A stretch of DNA of 64,000 nucleotides from Daphnia carinata (taxonomy: Eukaryota), in contig NC_081332.1 of NCBI RefSeq assembly GCF_022539665.2, forward strand, positions 1,798,001-1,862,000, given 5' to 3'. Under the pieces are notes generated by a model, which was not told the DNA's origin, did no database searches, and worked only from the letters and a program-made list of their open reading frames with translations. This document shows positions 46,648 through 60,973 of the stretch, piece by piece (the first letter of the stretch is position 1; every line of letters begins with the position of its first letter). A program made the translations under genes and the position numbers.

Positions 46648-48820
46648 TCATCGATTCATTAGCGGAATCATGCCAGGCTCCGAACCGGTGGCTGGCCCAA
46701 TCCTCTTGTTCCGGCCTTGTTCAGCATGATGTAAAAGGTGGTCTTCATGTTCCTCAGATTCGGGCACTTCCCAAGACAGTTCATCATCAAACAGCCTATG
46801 GCGGGGAACTTGGTCGAAGATGGGTAACTTCAGCAGAAATCCTTTTATGCCGAAAAACCAACATGTAAAGTCCTCATTCAAAATCGATAGCTTGTAGCCC
46901 CGTATAACTCACCTGTCAGAAGACCACCTACAATGGCGACAGCGAGAGTGGTTAGAAGGGCATACATTTGATAAGCCGCTTGCATGGTAGCAGAACGGCC
47001 CAGGCCTGGCTCCATATCAGCAAATTGGCTCTTCAGCTGGATGAATTCCGTCGTGTTTAATTCGGGTACTCTGGCCGGGAACTGACGGAACAAACTGCCA
47101 CCCCACACAAACGTTAAAACAAGGCGTAATATTATAATTTTCAAGGAATATAATAATACCTGACACCGTATTCTTCTTGGGTTGCCATGGCAGCGGTAAT
47201 TGCTCCGACGATGCCCGCCATCACGCCGGGCATCCCGTGCAAATTGTGGACACCACAAGTGTCGTGGATGTTCAACTTCTTGTTCATTGCAGGCTGTGAG
47301 AGTTTTAAATGCAAATTTATTATTGTAGAATTATTAGAAAACAATAAACAAACATGTTAATCGATATCACCGTAAAGAATCGATAGCCGAGAACGGACAA
47401 GGCTCCCGCTGTGCTTCCGACTACCATGGCTCCCCAAGGATGGATCATCATATCGGCCGCGGTGCCAATAGCCACACCTCCAGCTAATGTCGAATTTTGA
47501 ATATGCACCTGATAGGAAAGATTAAATTCTGATTGTTTGCTGATTTAGGGTAAAGTTTAAAAATTGAATTCAATCCCGATTTTGAAAATACCATGTCGAA
47601 TTTATTGTCTTTGCTGACCAAAGAGGAGAGCGCAAAGGCCGTTACGCAACAAGCGGCCAGCGAATAGTAAGTGTTGATCACTGCCCGATGCTGGGCATCG
47701 CCTTCAGCCAATCCGGAATTGAAGCTGGGCCAAAATAACCAAAGGAAAATGGTACCTAACAACGGGAATGTTTGAAAAGATATTCCTATTTCAATTTGCC
47801 CTTAGTTTTCAACAGTACCAATCATTGCAAACGTATCGGATGTGTAGGAAGGTCCTTCATTATCAGACGTGTGATCTCTGCGCAATATGAAACTGACGGC
47901 CAATCCGAAATAGGCGCCAAAGACGTGGACGAGCATCGAAGCTCCGATATCCGAAACCTGAAGAAAATTGAATTCATTAAAAAAAATTCAATAAATCACA
48001 TCAAATTGAAATACTTTGAACGTCTCCAATCCGAGGTGTTCGTTGCCAGCAAAGATGACAATCTCAATCAAGGACATGACGATGAGTTGGAAGGGCGTCG
48101 TCACTCCGAGGACGGCGCCGAAAGAAATGAGGACCGTGGCCGAGGCGAAATCGGCGTTCAGCAAACTATTTTATTTCAAAAGCAACAGTACTCGATTAAA
48201 ATTTGAAAAAAATAAAATTAAAATTCACCAGAGTTAGAATGAACGTACTTGGTAATACTAACGTGAATCGAATCAGAGCTTCCCAGCCCGTGGAAGAATC
48301 CCTGACAGAGGGTGGCCCATTGTAGGGTAATGGCGGCGATCAGGAAATTGAGAGCAACAGCACTATAGCCGTACTTCTTCAAGAACGTCATCAAGAATCC
48401 GAAACCGATGAAAATCATGACGTGGACATCCTGAAACACTGACATCAAAACAAACGTTCATTAACCCCGACCACACGCCTCGTTAGCAATTGTCTAAACA
48501 AAACGCAGCAAATTTTTTGAACGGTTGAAAACACAAGACTTACTGGGATAATAATGTCCGAGAGTATTGACGTCATCATTAGCCCGATGATGTCCGTTGG
48601 CACTTTCAGTTGTCTTCTTGCCAGCGTCGCTGCTATTTCCGACGCCATCGTGGGCTGTGTTTTTAGGTGCCGTCGTACCTGCGTGAATCTCGGGCTCGGC
48701 CGGCGAATCGTATTCAACGAAGAAACCAAACAGGACGATGAGAACGGCCTGGAGGAACAACAGGAATGGAATGTGCATCATCCGCTGCCGACGCGGACGT
48801 AAACCATCTTCCATCGACAT
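46648..48820 (-). CDS. Rh50: Rh-type ammonium transporter (Amt/Mep/Rh family), copy 1
   Basis: [104 protein letters not shown]. Confidence 0.95.
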
Positions 48821-49831
48821 GTTTCAATTCTATGTCGTGATTGTTTGCTGCGAGATCGTTCAACACCTAACCAGGCACTTGCACCAACAGCCGAGTGTGC
48901 GGGACTACTGAACCAGCCAACGCTGGTACGTGACGGCGACCTCTGGCTGTTCGTTTATTATTTTCCTTCCTTCCCTTTTCTCTTGTCTCGCCATTAAAAC
49001 GAGTCAATCTGAAAAAAAACAAAAAAACATTTCAATCTTATTCTTTTCTGTATACCACTGCATTGGTAAACACGACGTTGAACCACTTGGCTGTGTTATC
49101 ACACGAGATCTCATTCACAGACAGACTCGCCGTTCTTATTAATGTGCACACTTGCAATGAAGAAAAACATTTGATTTATGCAGGAGCGCGTGACTTACCA
49201 TGTGTGCCCTACCGCATTCCCGACGAACGCCATATACACATAAAATCTTAAGTTGGGGGAAACGCTAACGAGCTGATTCTTTCGGCCAGATATCAGTTGA
49301 GAACTGAACGATAATTAAAGAGTGAGGCTAATGAACCCTCCAGTTTCACCGTGGTAAGTGGGTAGACATGTCTCTATTAATTGGCGTCTCTATTCAGCGG
49401 TTTTTACCTGTTGATTTCTCACGGAGATTGACGGTCTAACGGCTAACTGTCATAATCTATTTTTCCTGTTTGTTTTCAAATATACCCAAAAGCCCAAGTG
49501 TGGCTGATCTTTGATTTGACCATCTCAACTCACATTGACGTTATACCATTAAAACTGAAACTACAACAAGTTGGTAGAGTCTCTTTTTTTTTTTCTTAAA
49601 TAAACATTTGGCTTGTTTGCTTTCAATACAACTATGGATAAGACCAAAAATAAAGGAACTGACGCGAGCATCAACGTAAATCGTAATCACATTGGCATAA
49701 AAACGATCAAATATAAGGGGGGTTCAAGTAGAATGAATCTATGAACTTTTTCTCGCCACAGATTGTAGTAATTATACAGATACATAAAATATAAACTGGC
49801 AGTGATCGGGATTTTTCGCGTTGTATTTGTT

Positions 49832-51825
49832 TTACATGTGCGTATCGCCCACTGCTTTGCCGTGATGGACCATCGGTGAAGCCGACGTGTCGTGATGACT
49901 AGCCTGACTGATCCCTTGATGATGGTGCTCACTTTCGGGCACCTCCCACGATAATTCGTCATCAAACAAATGATCTCTGGGCACCTTGCCGAATATTGGC
50001 AAACGCAAAATCAGCCCTTTAAAAAACATTCAAAATTCAATATTAGCATAAACAATGAACGCATCAAATGTAAATGAACACACACACACCTGTTACTAGC
50101 CCACCACTGATCGCTATTGCCATAGTGATGAACAAGGTTGCGATCTGGTAACCTCCTTGCATCGAAGCTGAACGACCCAATCCCGGATGAAGATGTTCAA
50201 TGTGATGGTGAAGCTCAACGTATTCGGGAGTGCCTTCCAGCGGTCCTCTTGCCGAGAATTGCCTATACAAACTGTATGCCCGAAAAATTCGAATTAATTT
50301 CTAAACAAACTTAATAATTGCAAGACTTTAAACCTGTATCCATATTCTTCTTGAGTGGCCGCTGCGGCCGTGATCGCACCGACGATTCCCGCAATCACGC
50401 CGGGCATGCCATGCAAATTGTGAACGCCGCAAGTATCGTGAATGCCGAATTTGCGGTTAATCACTGGCTACATAGCCAATGAATAACATAAGTCAGAAAC
50501 ACAATCATAATTAAATCGATGTTCATGTTTTCCTCACCGTTAGGTATCGATAACCGAGAACGGACACAGTTCCAGCGATACTACCGACAATCATGGCACC
50601 GAACGGGTTGATCATCATGTCCGCCGCTGTGCCGATGGCCACGCCTCCAGCCAGCGTTGAATTTTGGATGTGAACCTGAACATATTCAAATGTTATTCAC
50701 GAACGATTTCACGAATCAAAAATAGACTACACAAACCATATCGAATTTGTGTTCTTTGCTGACTAATGAGGAGATGGCAAAGGCCGTCACGCAGCAAGCG
50801 GCCAGCGAATAATACGTGTTGATCACTGCCCTGTGCTGGGCATCGCCTTCAGCCAGTCCGGCATTGAAACTGGGCCAAAACAGCCACAGGAATATGGTTC
50901 CTGAATATCGTTCAGTTTTTGATTAGATAATTGAAACGAATACGATGGAATTTTAAATTACCAATCATGGCGAAGATGTCTGAATTGTAAGTGGCGCCTT
51001 CCTTCTCTGAAGTGACGTCGCGACGCAAGACGCAACTAACGGCCAGTCCGAAATAAGCGCCAAAGACGTGGACGAGCATCGACGCTCCAATATCGGAAAT
51101 CTTAAGAATGAAATCAATCGTTTTAGAAATAGAAGGAATCAAAAATGCAATTAACAAATTACCCTCAAAATTTCCAGGCCAAGATGTTCGTTACTAGCGA
51201 AAATGGCAATCTCACAGACGGCCATCACGGCCAATTGGAGTGGCGTCGTGACGCCGATGACGGCGCCGAACGAAATCAAAACAGTGGCCGACGCGAAATC
51301 AGCGTTCAACAAACTTTAAATTGAATCGTTTAACATTTAAATACTTTTACATTTGCACTGTATTCGCATTCTTTACCTGGTGATGGTAATGTGAATCTTT
51401 TGGCCATCGAACGTGTGATAGAACCCCTGGCAAAGGGTGGCCCATTGGAGGACGATGGCAGCAATCAGGAAATTAACAGCAACAGCACTGTAGCCGTACT
51501 TCTTTAAGAAAGTCATCAGAAATCCGAAACCGATGAACATCATGACGTGCACATCCTGGAACACTAAAATCATTAAAAAAAATTTGTCACTCTAACAGCA
51601 TTTGAATCATTAAATGTTTTTAAAAGAGTATCACGTACTTGGATAATAATGGCCGAGGCTGTTGCCCTCGTTGGTGGTCGCATTTGCATCTTTATCGAAA
51701 GCTCTGGCGCTGTGCGCTTCCTTGTCGTACTCGACAAAGACCCCAAACAAGACGATGAAAGCCACCTGGATGCCCAGTAAGAACGGGATATGGCGTCCGT
51801 GCATCAAGAAATGTTTCCAGGACAT
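49832..51825 (-). CDS. Rh50: Rh-type ammonium transporter, copy 2
   Basis: Same motifs ([63 protein letters not shown]) and the same exon layout; TATAAAAG upstream at 52008-52015. Confidence 0.95.
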
Positions 51826-54800
51826 TTTTTTAAGTTAACCGACGTTCCAGCGGAAAAAAAGGATCTAAAAACAAACCCGAGATGTATAAATAACGAAGTG
51901 ATTTTCAAATTCCCAGGATTCTTTTAAAATTTAAACTGGGAGCAGCGTAGCTCTTCACGTTGGCTACCTGGGCAAGCGGCTGTTCGACAGCCTTTTACAC
52001 GCCCGCCCTTTTATAGCCAACAGCGTCCATAAAAAAAAAAATGAAACTAGACACACAAACCAAAAACACCATACCTTCCCCTTGTATCCAGGCGATTGAC
52101 ACTATGACGGAAGTCAGCTGTTACGCAACGAAGGCAAAAAACAACAACAACAAAGAAGAAAGTATCAACGATGGTGGGCTCCAAACAAACAAGCGTTCGT
52201 GAACGTTTTTAACGAGCGTAAACGTAACGTGTCACGATTTTTTTGTCTTCGATGAAATTTCAATCAGATGACACGGCACGACGAGAACACAGAGCCAACA
52301 GCCCAACTTGAACGCGGGATTTTTTCCCCCATAAATAAAGGGTGCAAACGAGTCGTTAATGAAGTTCTCTGGGACCCTCACGATTGTACTGGATTTATAG
52401 ATTATTCAAAGTGCGAAATGCGTGTCCTCTTTAACTTCAAAAACATATGCAGCGAGAACAATAAAATGCTAAGTGGGGGGGAGCAGCGGTTGAAATTCGA
52501 AATGTCCACACGTCAGGTGTTTGATCTTTTTGCTAGGCACGAGGTGGGAGTATTTATCTGTTTTTTATGGCCATACAAGTAAAGTGAGGCTGAGTATAGA
52601 ACCAAAATACACAAAAAGGGAAAGGTAATAAAAAGAAATTGGTGCGAAAAACCTCCTCTCTTAATGACAACGGTTGCCCTTGAGTTCTAGTTTAAGGGCT
52701 TACGTAACTTGGTCACTGAGGTAGGTAAACAAAGGTGCTGGCGGTTGATCGCGAAATTTTCCCATCCAGCACGCAGATGGGATTAACAAATATATACATT
52801 TTTATTATTTTGGTCGATGTGTGCAGACGCATAACTCGAGTCAGCTGAGACGTTTGTGCAATTAGTCTGGCGATCGTGGGCTGTTGCTGAGCGGAAAACA
52901 ACGTGTTGTTTTGTTCTTTTCGTTCAAACAGGGCGACATAACGAACCTGTGACACAAGTTTGAATTATTAATTTTCATTTTTCGTTTTTTTTTGGTTTTT
53001 GAATATTGAAAAGAAAAATGCCTGTCTAGCAGGTGCTTCGCCAATCGAGTATTTGTTATGCGCGTAACGTTCAGCGGGAGTGGCAAATGCTCGAGAGTTC
53101 GAAAGAACAGCACAACAGGGGGGAGGAAAAATCAAATGGAATTGTCAATTAGTTTGAAAATACACATGTTTTATTCACCTTGCCACTTTGGTTGTTAAAA
53201 ATAAGCGTTGGAATGCCGGATGTCTTATCAATTGAAATTAGATAAGGACTAAACGCAAAGCTATACAAATAATACATGAACCATATCCAATTTTCACGAG
53301 AAATAGGACCTCCCATGAATTTCTCCAATTTCTTCATTATTTTCTTCCTAAACATATTCGCATTGCTGATTTTTTATTTTATCTCCAATTTGTTTGGGCT
53401 AACTGCGTCGAACGAGATACGAACTCGATGAATGCGATTGGACGCATGACAGAACTAGATCTCAAAAACCAACAGGTGAAATTCAGAGCGTGTCGTTGCC
53501 AACAACTAAGGCAACCGTTTTCTTAATTGATGGTGTGATCTCGGTCGTCCCCCCCAAAAAAAATTTATTTCATAAAATAAAATCTAGTGTTCCCCATTAG
53601 ACATCTCAAATTCCAGTTTGGCGCTGTTTTGTGCTTACTTTGACGTAGACGATGAGGGGCACCTATCCGTCTGCTGACGTGAGCAAAGACTGCGTTATGG
53701 GGTCGCTAATTGAGGCTATTAACATTGTAATCGTTCTCATCCATGTTTTGTTGAGAAAAACAAAAATGACGTGCGTGCCATCCATTGAATAACAAACAAT
53801 TTTTTTGGGGTGGCTGGAATTCCCGAAGCTCTTCTCTCACCTGACAGGAAGTCGCGTGAAAAATTATACCGATTTTTTCAGAGATGCAAGTAAAATTTTG
53901 AGGGGCTGTGCTTGTTGTTTTAAAAAAGAGCAAGTTAGGGCCGATTGTTGTAAATAATGATGTTGAAATAGAGTTGTGCGGAGAGCGCTGATTTGAATAC
54001 ATAGGTATATGGGTAAAGTGTGTCTCTGCATATTACTTTCGGACCTAATGAACTGGTTATTAAAAACAGCTGGCATTCTTGTCACAGTGTCTTGTTGTCT
54101 ACGAGAAGCCAACCTTGAATAGCACAAACAAAAATGTTGCGATAGAATTGATCAGTGATATTTGAATAAATTATTAAAGGAAGCTCGTGACTATTTTGTT
54201 TTCTACGGAACTCCCGATCAATGACACGAACAACGAATGATTATAAATTAGATATCAAAACAGCTTTAAACCAAACAGAGCAATCGAACGTATAAGTTTT
54301 TGAAAAAACAAAACAATTCTTTTAAACCGCCCTGTTATCCCGCCGTTGTAATTTGGTCTTTCAAAACAGCGTGAATTTTCGTTCAACAGATGGCAGCCAC
54401 CTTTAAGAGTATAGAACAATCATCTTATTGCATCTGATAAGAATGAAACACGAGCTTAATTTTGACTATGCACGGTAGGTAACGAAGCCCCACATCATCC
54501 GATCCAATGCCACACCTTTGCTATCATCTAATATATAGCTTTTTAAATAACACACTTCAAACGCTGGATTTTTTATTGTGAAAGAATATGGAAAACAAGA
54601 CGGTACGTCCAAAGACTGTTGACTCCATCATTAGCTTATAAAACGAGCTTCGAACTGTCGGAATGGCTCGTGAAAAGCCCTTGCAACTTCAGTATCGCTG
54701 TTTGTATTTATACAACGATTAGTTGAACGAAATAAAGTTCTGATTGCAGCGTATGCATACGCCGTGGCTCTTCTATGGGGATATGGACTCGTACAGTTAA

Positions 54801-55466
54801 AACGAGCATTTTATTTGATGAACCTAGACATTCCGATAGCGGATGAAAAGATCGTACATGACAGTACTGCATACTTTGCGTGTTTGGTTTCAACACTTGA
54901 CAACAACAGACCTACATCCTTTATCTCTGATAAATGGGGGGAAAAAATTACCTGTCTACGTGAGCAACGATGGCATAAATCAATAAATGTCGACATTATT
55001 TACTTAAGAGGCAAATAGAAACGGTGATCTTTTTTTCCCCTGGCCATCATTTTGATGTTATCAATGAAATTATACAAAAGCCACGTGAAACCCCATATGA
55101 TAACGATCCGTGATCTCATTTCTCTGATCTCTGCCCATCCACATGCTGTTAATAAAATCAACGTAAATCCTTGATAAGCGTTAAAAAATCCCATAAAGAA
55201 ATATGCCCCTATTCTAATTATACTTAGGAGATGATGTCGTTATATCGTAATGTAGTAATGAGAATATGAAATATTCAACCGTAATCAATTGTATTGATCG
55301 TTTTGCAGTTTAAGCTTACTTTCCACTCGTATTGACATTCGTAAGTAAACGCCAATGCGAACTGAAATTACATAAGGGAAAAAAACGAAAAAAAAATATT
55401 GTTTTTGTATAATTGAATCGAATTCATTTGCAAGTCGGAGGCATGCATTCATCCCGAAGTTCGTGA

Positions 55467-56677
55467 TTAACGTCTAGCGGATGTTGGTTGCTGTCCGGCG
55501 ACCCTGTACAGCCATGCGTAGTAAACCGAAAGGCGGGTGAAGACGCTCGGTTCCTCGGGATTGCAAGTTGGACTGCGTTTAGATAACACACCGACGGCAA
55601 TCGTTGTTTCAGCTCCCGTAGTTCCGTATGTTTGAACTATTGGAGAACCTTCGTCGAAGGTGCAAGGAGCAACTACAACGTATGGATAAAGTGATCGTCA
55701 AGAAAAGGCATCGTGAGAAGCTATAATGATAAGTGTTATACTAGTAGGGGGACTTGTCATGTCCATGGCGCATATCATCTTGGAAATTTGGAATTCATCC
55801 GCGCCGTACGTTCCGCATATGCCACTGGTTTCTAGCATAGTAAGTTCGGCATAGCGGAGCCTTGGAGAAAATCCTCCTCCATCCTTTAAATCAAGAATTG
55901 AATTAAGTAATGAGTCGTTTTTAAAGATCCTAAAGAACCTACCACTGTGGCGCCCCATCCCATAAATGTTCCAAGAGGAGTAGGTTTCTCATCCGTATAG
56001 ACTTCATTGAACTTGATGAAATTTTTGTAGGTGTCGGCAAAGCTGATATTGCTTGATAACTAAAATTGAATATTTTCGAATAGATAAACTTCTTAATCTT
56101 CATCTTCTTCTAGTGCATTCAACCAACCTCGATCAGAGCGATGTCATCTGCTCGCGTGACACTATCATAGGTGTCGTAAGGGAACACTCTGAAAACGGCA
56201 TGCCTTTCTTCGGAATAGTCGTAATCAATCAAATTTACCTGTCCGGCCACAACCACTAAGCTGCTAAGAACCTTACTGAAACGATCACAACAATAACATG
56301 TCATGTTTCGCTATTAATAAAAAAAAAAAAAAAAAAAAAAATGATGGAAGCCCATCGTGAAAAGGGATGCCCACTTCTCCACACATGACGCTGTTGTGAC
56401 GACCCATTTTTCGCTGTAAATGAAGCCTCCGCAAATGTGTGAATCCTCGTACTCGATGGAAACAACATACGGGAACATAGCTTTATATCCTTCGGTTCCC
56501 GGGGGTGCGATGGTAATCGGGATTCCTCCGGACATACGTCCTTCTCCATGAGGAACACCTTAATTCAAAACCAGCGCGCAAGTTTGAGTTGGCTATCAAT
56601 GAAATTTCTCCGAAAAACGAACGTTTACCTGTAACAACAGCAACAACAGCTAACAAGAAGAATAGGATAGGCTGCAT
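55467..56677 (-). CDS. Trypsin-fold serine protease homologue T1 (non-canonical triad)
   Basis: Signal MQPILFFLLAVVAVVTG; R-MSGG; FPYVVSI..HICGGFIYSEKWVVTTASC; DDIALI; GWGA; CTFDEGSP; VFTRLSVYYAWL. Confidence 0.9.
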
Positions 56678-57044
56678 GATAGCTTCTGTTCGCCGATCGG
56701 TTCAGTAACTGAATCCTAACGGCTAACTTACCGCTGTCCCAACGTCAGAAACACGACAGGCTCCACCAAACGTTTGTACACTTTGAACCGAAGCGATAAA
56801 AACGATGTTAACCCCCCCCCCCCCCTTCTACCAGTGGACAAAATGAACAAAAGGCACGAACAAATCGTTATTTAGATTAAAAGTCTATTTACTATCCCAC
56901 GTCACTCGTTACGCCATGAATTTAAACACCCCGCGTCCCTGTTTTAAGTTTCGATTTTTCTGTATTCAAAATTCCCATCACCTATCTCGGGATTTATTCA
57001 GAGGTAAAAACCCATTCGTTATCGGCTTTGTAATGTTGTCTATT

Positions 57045-58191
57045 TCATTGCAGCGGTTGTGGGCCGGCCGTTTGTTGCAGCCACGAATAGAAAATAGACA
57101 AGCGAGTGTAGACGCTAGCAGAGTCCATCGAACAGCTTTCGGTCTTTGACATGACACCGACAGCAATGTCTTGCCCGATGCTCGATTGAATGAGGGGAGA
57201 TCCTTGATCGTATTGACATGGAGACCCCGCAGTGGGGACTATGTACAATAAACTAGTTGTTGAATTGATTCATCTTTAAACATTTATCTTTCTTTCTGAT
57301 TTTTACCTGGTGGTTCGGCAATCGCGCCGTAAGCGCATATCATAGAAGAGAGTTTGAATTCCGGCTGAGAGTAATCGCCACATTGAATTTCTTCTTTAAT
57401 GTCCACTGTTCCGTAGCGAAGCTCATTAGATTCTGTCCCATTTTCCTGCGGTTTGTTCTTTGAATAATTACATACGTTATAATCCAATGGATTTTGCATG
57501 TGCTTACCGCAGTGGCACCCCATCCGATGACAATGCCAGTTAAATCGTCCGTGTTGACTTCGTTGTATCTGACGAAATCAATATTGGGCAAGTTAAAATC
57601 AATGTCTCTCGTCACCTATGCAAATTTTAAATGGATCAAAAGGTTTTTGACATGGCATTTTAAGTCTATAAGTCTATATACCTTAATAAGCGCAATATCG
57701 TTCACGTTGAACGTCCTGTTATACCCTTCGAAAATATAAATATTATAAACGGATATGATTTGTTCGTCGCCCGTCATCACGTTCCAATCTAAGCCGCCCG
57801 CCATGATTTTCAATGCGCTCGGTAATTTCCTTTTCATTGCGCAACAAATAACAGAGATACGAACGTAAAAGGTCAAACGAACGGTCTTATCTTTTAACTT
57901 AATAATTCGATCGTGATTGTACCCATCGACGCAGGATGCAGCCGTGATGATCCATCGGTTATTGTAAATGAACCCACCGCAGGAATGACGTTCGTTTTCA
58001 ATCACGGAGACGACGTACGGGAATTGCTCCAGTGTAGCCACATCACCTCCGATGATGCGTTCGTTCAAAACAGCCAGTCCTTTTTTTTTATTGATCAACG
58101 TTAATGCTTGCATAGCTGATTAGTTTAAAATTGGAATGATTGTACCTGTAACGGAGCAGATGATAGAGATGAAGAGGACGACAGGTTTCAT
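57045..58191 (-). CDS. Trypsin-fold serine protease homologue T2
   Basis: MKPVVLFISIICSVTG; R-IIGG; HSCGGFIYNNRWIITAASC; NDIALIK; GWGAT; CQYDQGSP; VYTRLSIFYSWL. Confidence 0.9.
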
Positions 58192-58681
58192 GGTTCCCAA
58201 CGGTTACTAACGGCATAGGATAATGTCATATCGCGTCTTACAAAGTCCTTTGTTATTGCCGTGAACGAAATGGCCGAATTCTGCGGGCGTGTATCCGTTA
58301 TGCGATAAGCGTCCATTGATTCAGCCGTTATGTGATTACATTTTTTGGATAGCGGTTAACATAATTTGACATTTCCAAAATAAATGTGAATTTTTTAAAC
58401 GGTGAATTCAATTTCAATGTTGGTGTACACATGGCGTACAGAATCATTTAAAATATTAATTTCTATGACCGTTTACTATTTGAGGGTAGGAGATAAGAAT
58501 CGAACATTTCCACACATCGAACTTTGATGTCTTCAACACAGATTCGATTTCAGATTGATATGAAGTGCAACAGCTAACTTGTAAGGGTTTATCATTTTAC
58601 TGTCACAAATGTATTGACATGCATCATCTTATGATAGCCCTATTAATTAAAAACAAACTCAGAGATTTTTAATGGAAGGTT

Positions 58682-60129
58682 TTAAACGTGTTTATTCATG
58701 TCCAAAATATGTTTGCCAACGACGTCGTAGATCGAATTCGCTAGCGGTATTGAAAGACATCTGCTAAGAGATGGTTTCGCATAAAAATCCCTATGTACAG
58801 TCTTATTTTTTACCATTGGGGTCGATAGTTGTTGTTGTGGGTGCAGTGTCGTCGTTCTAACTGGCTGTTGACCGGCTGTGTTGATCAGCCATGAGTAGAA
58901 GATGGAGACGCGCGTGTAAACGCTAACCGCTGTATCCAACGAGCAATCGTCACTCTTGGATAAAATACCAACAACAGTCGCAACGCTGTCGGTACCGAGT
59001 TTTTGAACTAGAGGCGATCCCTCGTCGTACTTGCAAGGTGATCCGACAGCCCGTGCAGGTGGAGCTACAGGAAGTATATAATCAGGAGTTACTAAACGAT
59101 GCAAAGATTAAGTAGGTCGCTGTGTTCAGTTTAAGATTTCTGTTACAAACAACAAAAATGACATCCCCATTGAATGTCAATTATCACTTAGTACCGTTCG
59201 GCTGTTGGTTTCACGCAATCAATTATTCTAATTTTGAAGTGTTTAACTTACGATCAGCGACAGTCGAAGCGCAAATCATGGTCGCGAAATTAAATGCGGT
59301 AGTATCAAAAGTGCCACAAAGATCGCCGGCACCCTTAACATTGATGAAGGCTGTCGCATAGCGAAGGTTAACGGATTCGAATCCTCCTTCCTATTTTGGA
59401 CATCATTTCGATGATTAGTATGCTGCTTCTGGGCTTAATTTTAGGAAATGTACTTACGAACGTAGCACCCCATCCCATGATTTCTGCGTCTACGCCATTA
59501 ACTGCTTCGTTGTAACCAACAAAATCAACGTTTTCGCCATCCATGTTAATGTCCGCAGTAAGCTGTTAAGAAATGAAAGCGGCGGTTATTTATGGAGAGA
59601 GGCATATTCATCAAATGCTTTATAAACAAATCATATACCTTCAGGAGAGCGATGTCGTTCAGCTTTAAATCGCTGTCGTATTGCGGGAAAATGGTGACGG
59701 TGTACACGGAAACCGTCTGCTCGTTAGGATCAAGATTGATTGCGCTTACTTGGCCAGCTACGACTCTCAGTGTGCTCGGTGTTTTCCTTAAAGCAAAGAA
59801 ATAAAAGAAAACTTTAGTTCGCAACCAATGTCCAGAAGCTTGTGTTATTTATGCATGATTGCTAATTATGGCTTACCCTTCAACACAAGAAGCCGCAGTG
59901 ACGATCCATCTTGCACTGTAGATGAAACCACCACAGATATGGCGATCGTTCTCAGTAATAGAAACCACGTACGGATAGTTTCCAGGCTCGGCTAGAGTTC
60001 CCTCATTGATGCGCCCGCTTGGAAGCGCTTCAAATATAAATCAATTAATTAGGGGAGCAGTTGAATTTATAGCTTACGCTTACCAGAGACGGAGCAAACG
60101 ACGGCGATGAAAATCAGAACGGACTTCAT
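58682..60129 (-). CDS. Trypsin-fold serine protease homologue T3
   Basis: MKSVLIFIAVVCSVS; R-INEG; HICGGFIYSARWIVTAASC; NDIALLK; GWGAT; CKYDEGSP; VYTRVSIFYSWL; extended C-tail. Confidence 0.9.
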
Positions 60130-60790
60130 TGTTCTCGATACGATTTCTAAATGACAATCATTCGGCTTTGCTCCCCAGTCCCTAAATATGTTTGTTTCGA
60201 ACTTTGAACGCGTCTCGTTTTCGATAACACATGATTGATATAGGTGTTCGTTCCTTTATCGCTCATTGGGTTTTGGTTTTTTTTCACAATTCCCCCACTG
60301 ATTCCTTAAATCTGTTAACACACTCGACAGCCACCCATTGCATTCATGCATTTTGTATAAGGAATTCATAGTGTACCAAATTCAAAAAGGAATTTCGAAT
60401 TATAAAGCAATCCTCTTCTAATCCAACACACGTGCCTCCCAAACTAGAAATCCTGCTGGAAAGAACAAACAAACCCAAGGTTTTTTAGGGGAACTTAAAA
60501 TGTAGGGAAACAGCCGTAACGTACGCGTGCACCGTTAACAACAGCTAAACCCTCTGTTGTGTATACAAAATTTCATAATCATCATATGGTACAAGCCGTG
60601 ATAGAAGATTGATCAAACAACCAAATGACAAAGCAAAGCGATTCGTAGACACGTTTATCTATTGCACTGAGTCGCTAACAACCGAATTACATTAGGATTT
60701 AATTATGTGCTGTTTGAGCACAATTTTCGCGTGTTCGTATAAAATAATAAATTGCGTCCGGCTTGCAATTAAACCATCGCAACAAACGTT

Positions 60791-60973
60791 CTACCCTCGT
60801 GAGCACTCAGGCTCTTGTCCAGCAGTGTCCAACAGCTATTGGCTAAAGAAAGACAAGCGAGTGTAGATGCCCGGATGTCCGAATGCACAACTCTCTATGT
60901 TGGAGAAAATGCCGACAGCCATCTGGAGTCTGAAGGACGCGTTGGCAGGATCAACGATTTCTTGGGCTACGAG
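60791..60973 (-). pseudogene. Truncated last-exon relic of a protease homologue with an in-frame stop
   Basis: LVAQEIVDPANASFRLQMAVGIFSNIESCAFGHPGIYTRLSFFSQ*LLDTAGQEP; the conserved Trp codon is TAG (60836-60838); I found no upstream exons. Confidence 0.85.

Noticed and set aside
60836..60838. In-frame TAG as possible stop-codon readthrough
   Set aside because: The fragment lacks all upstream exons; a TGG to TAG nonsense change in a pseudogene is simpler.
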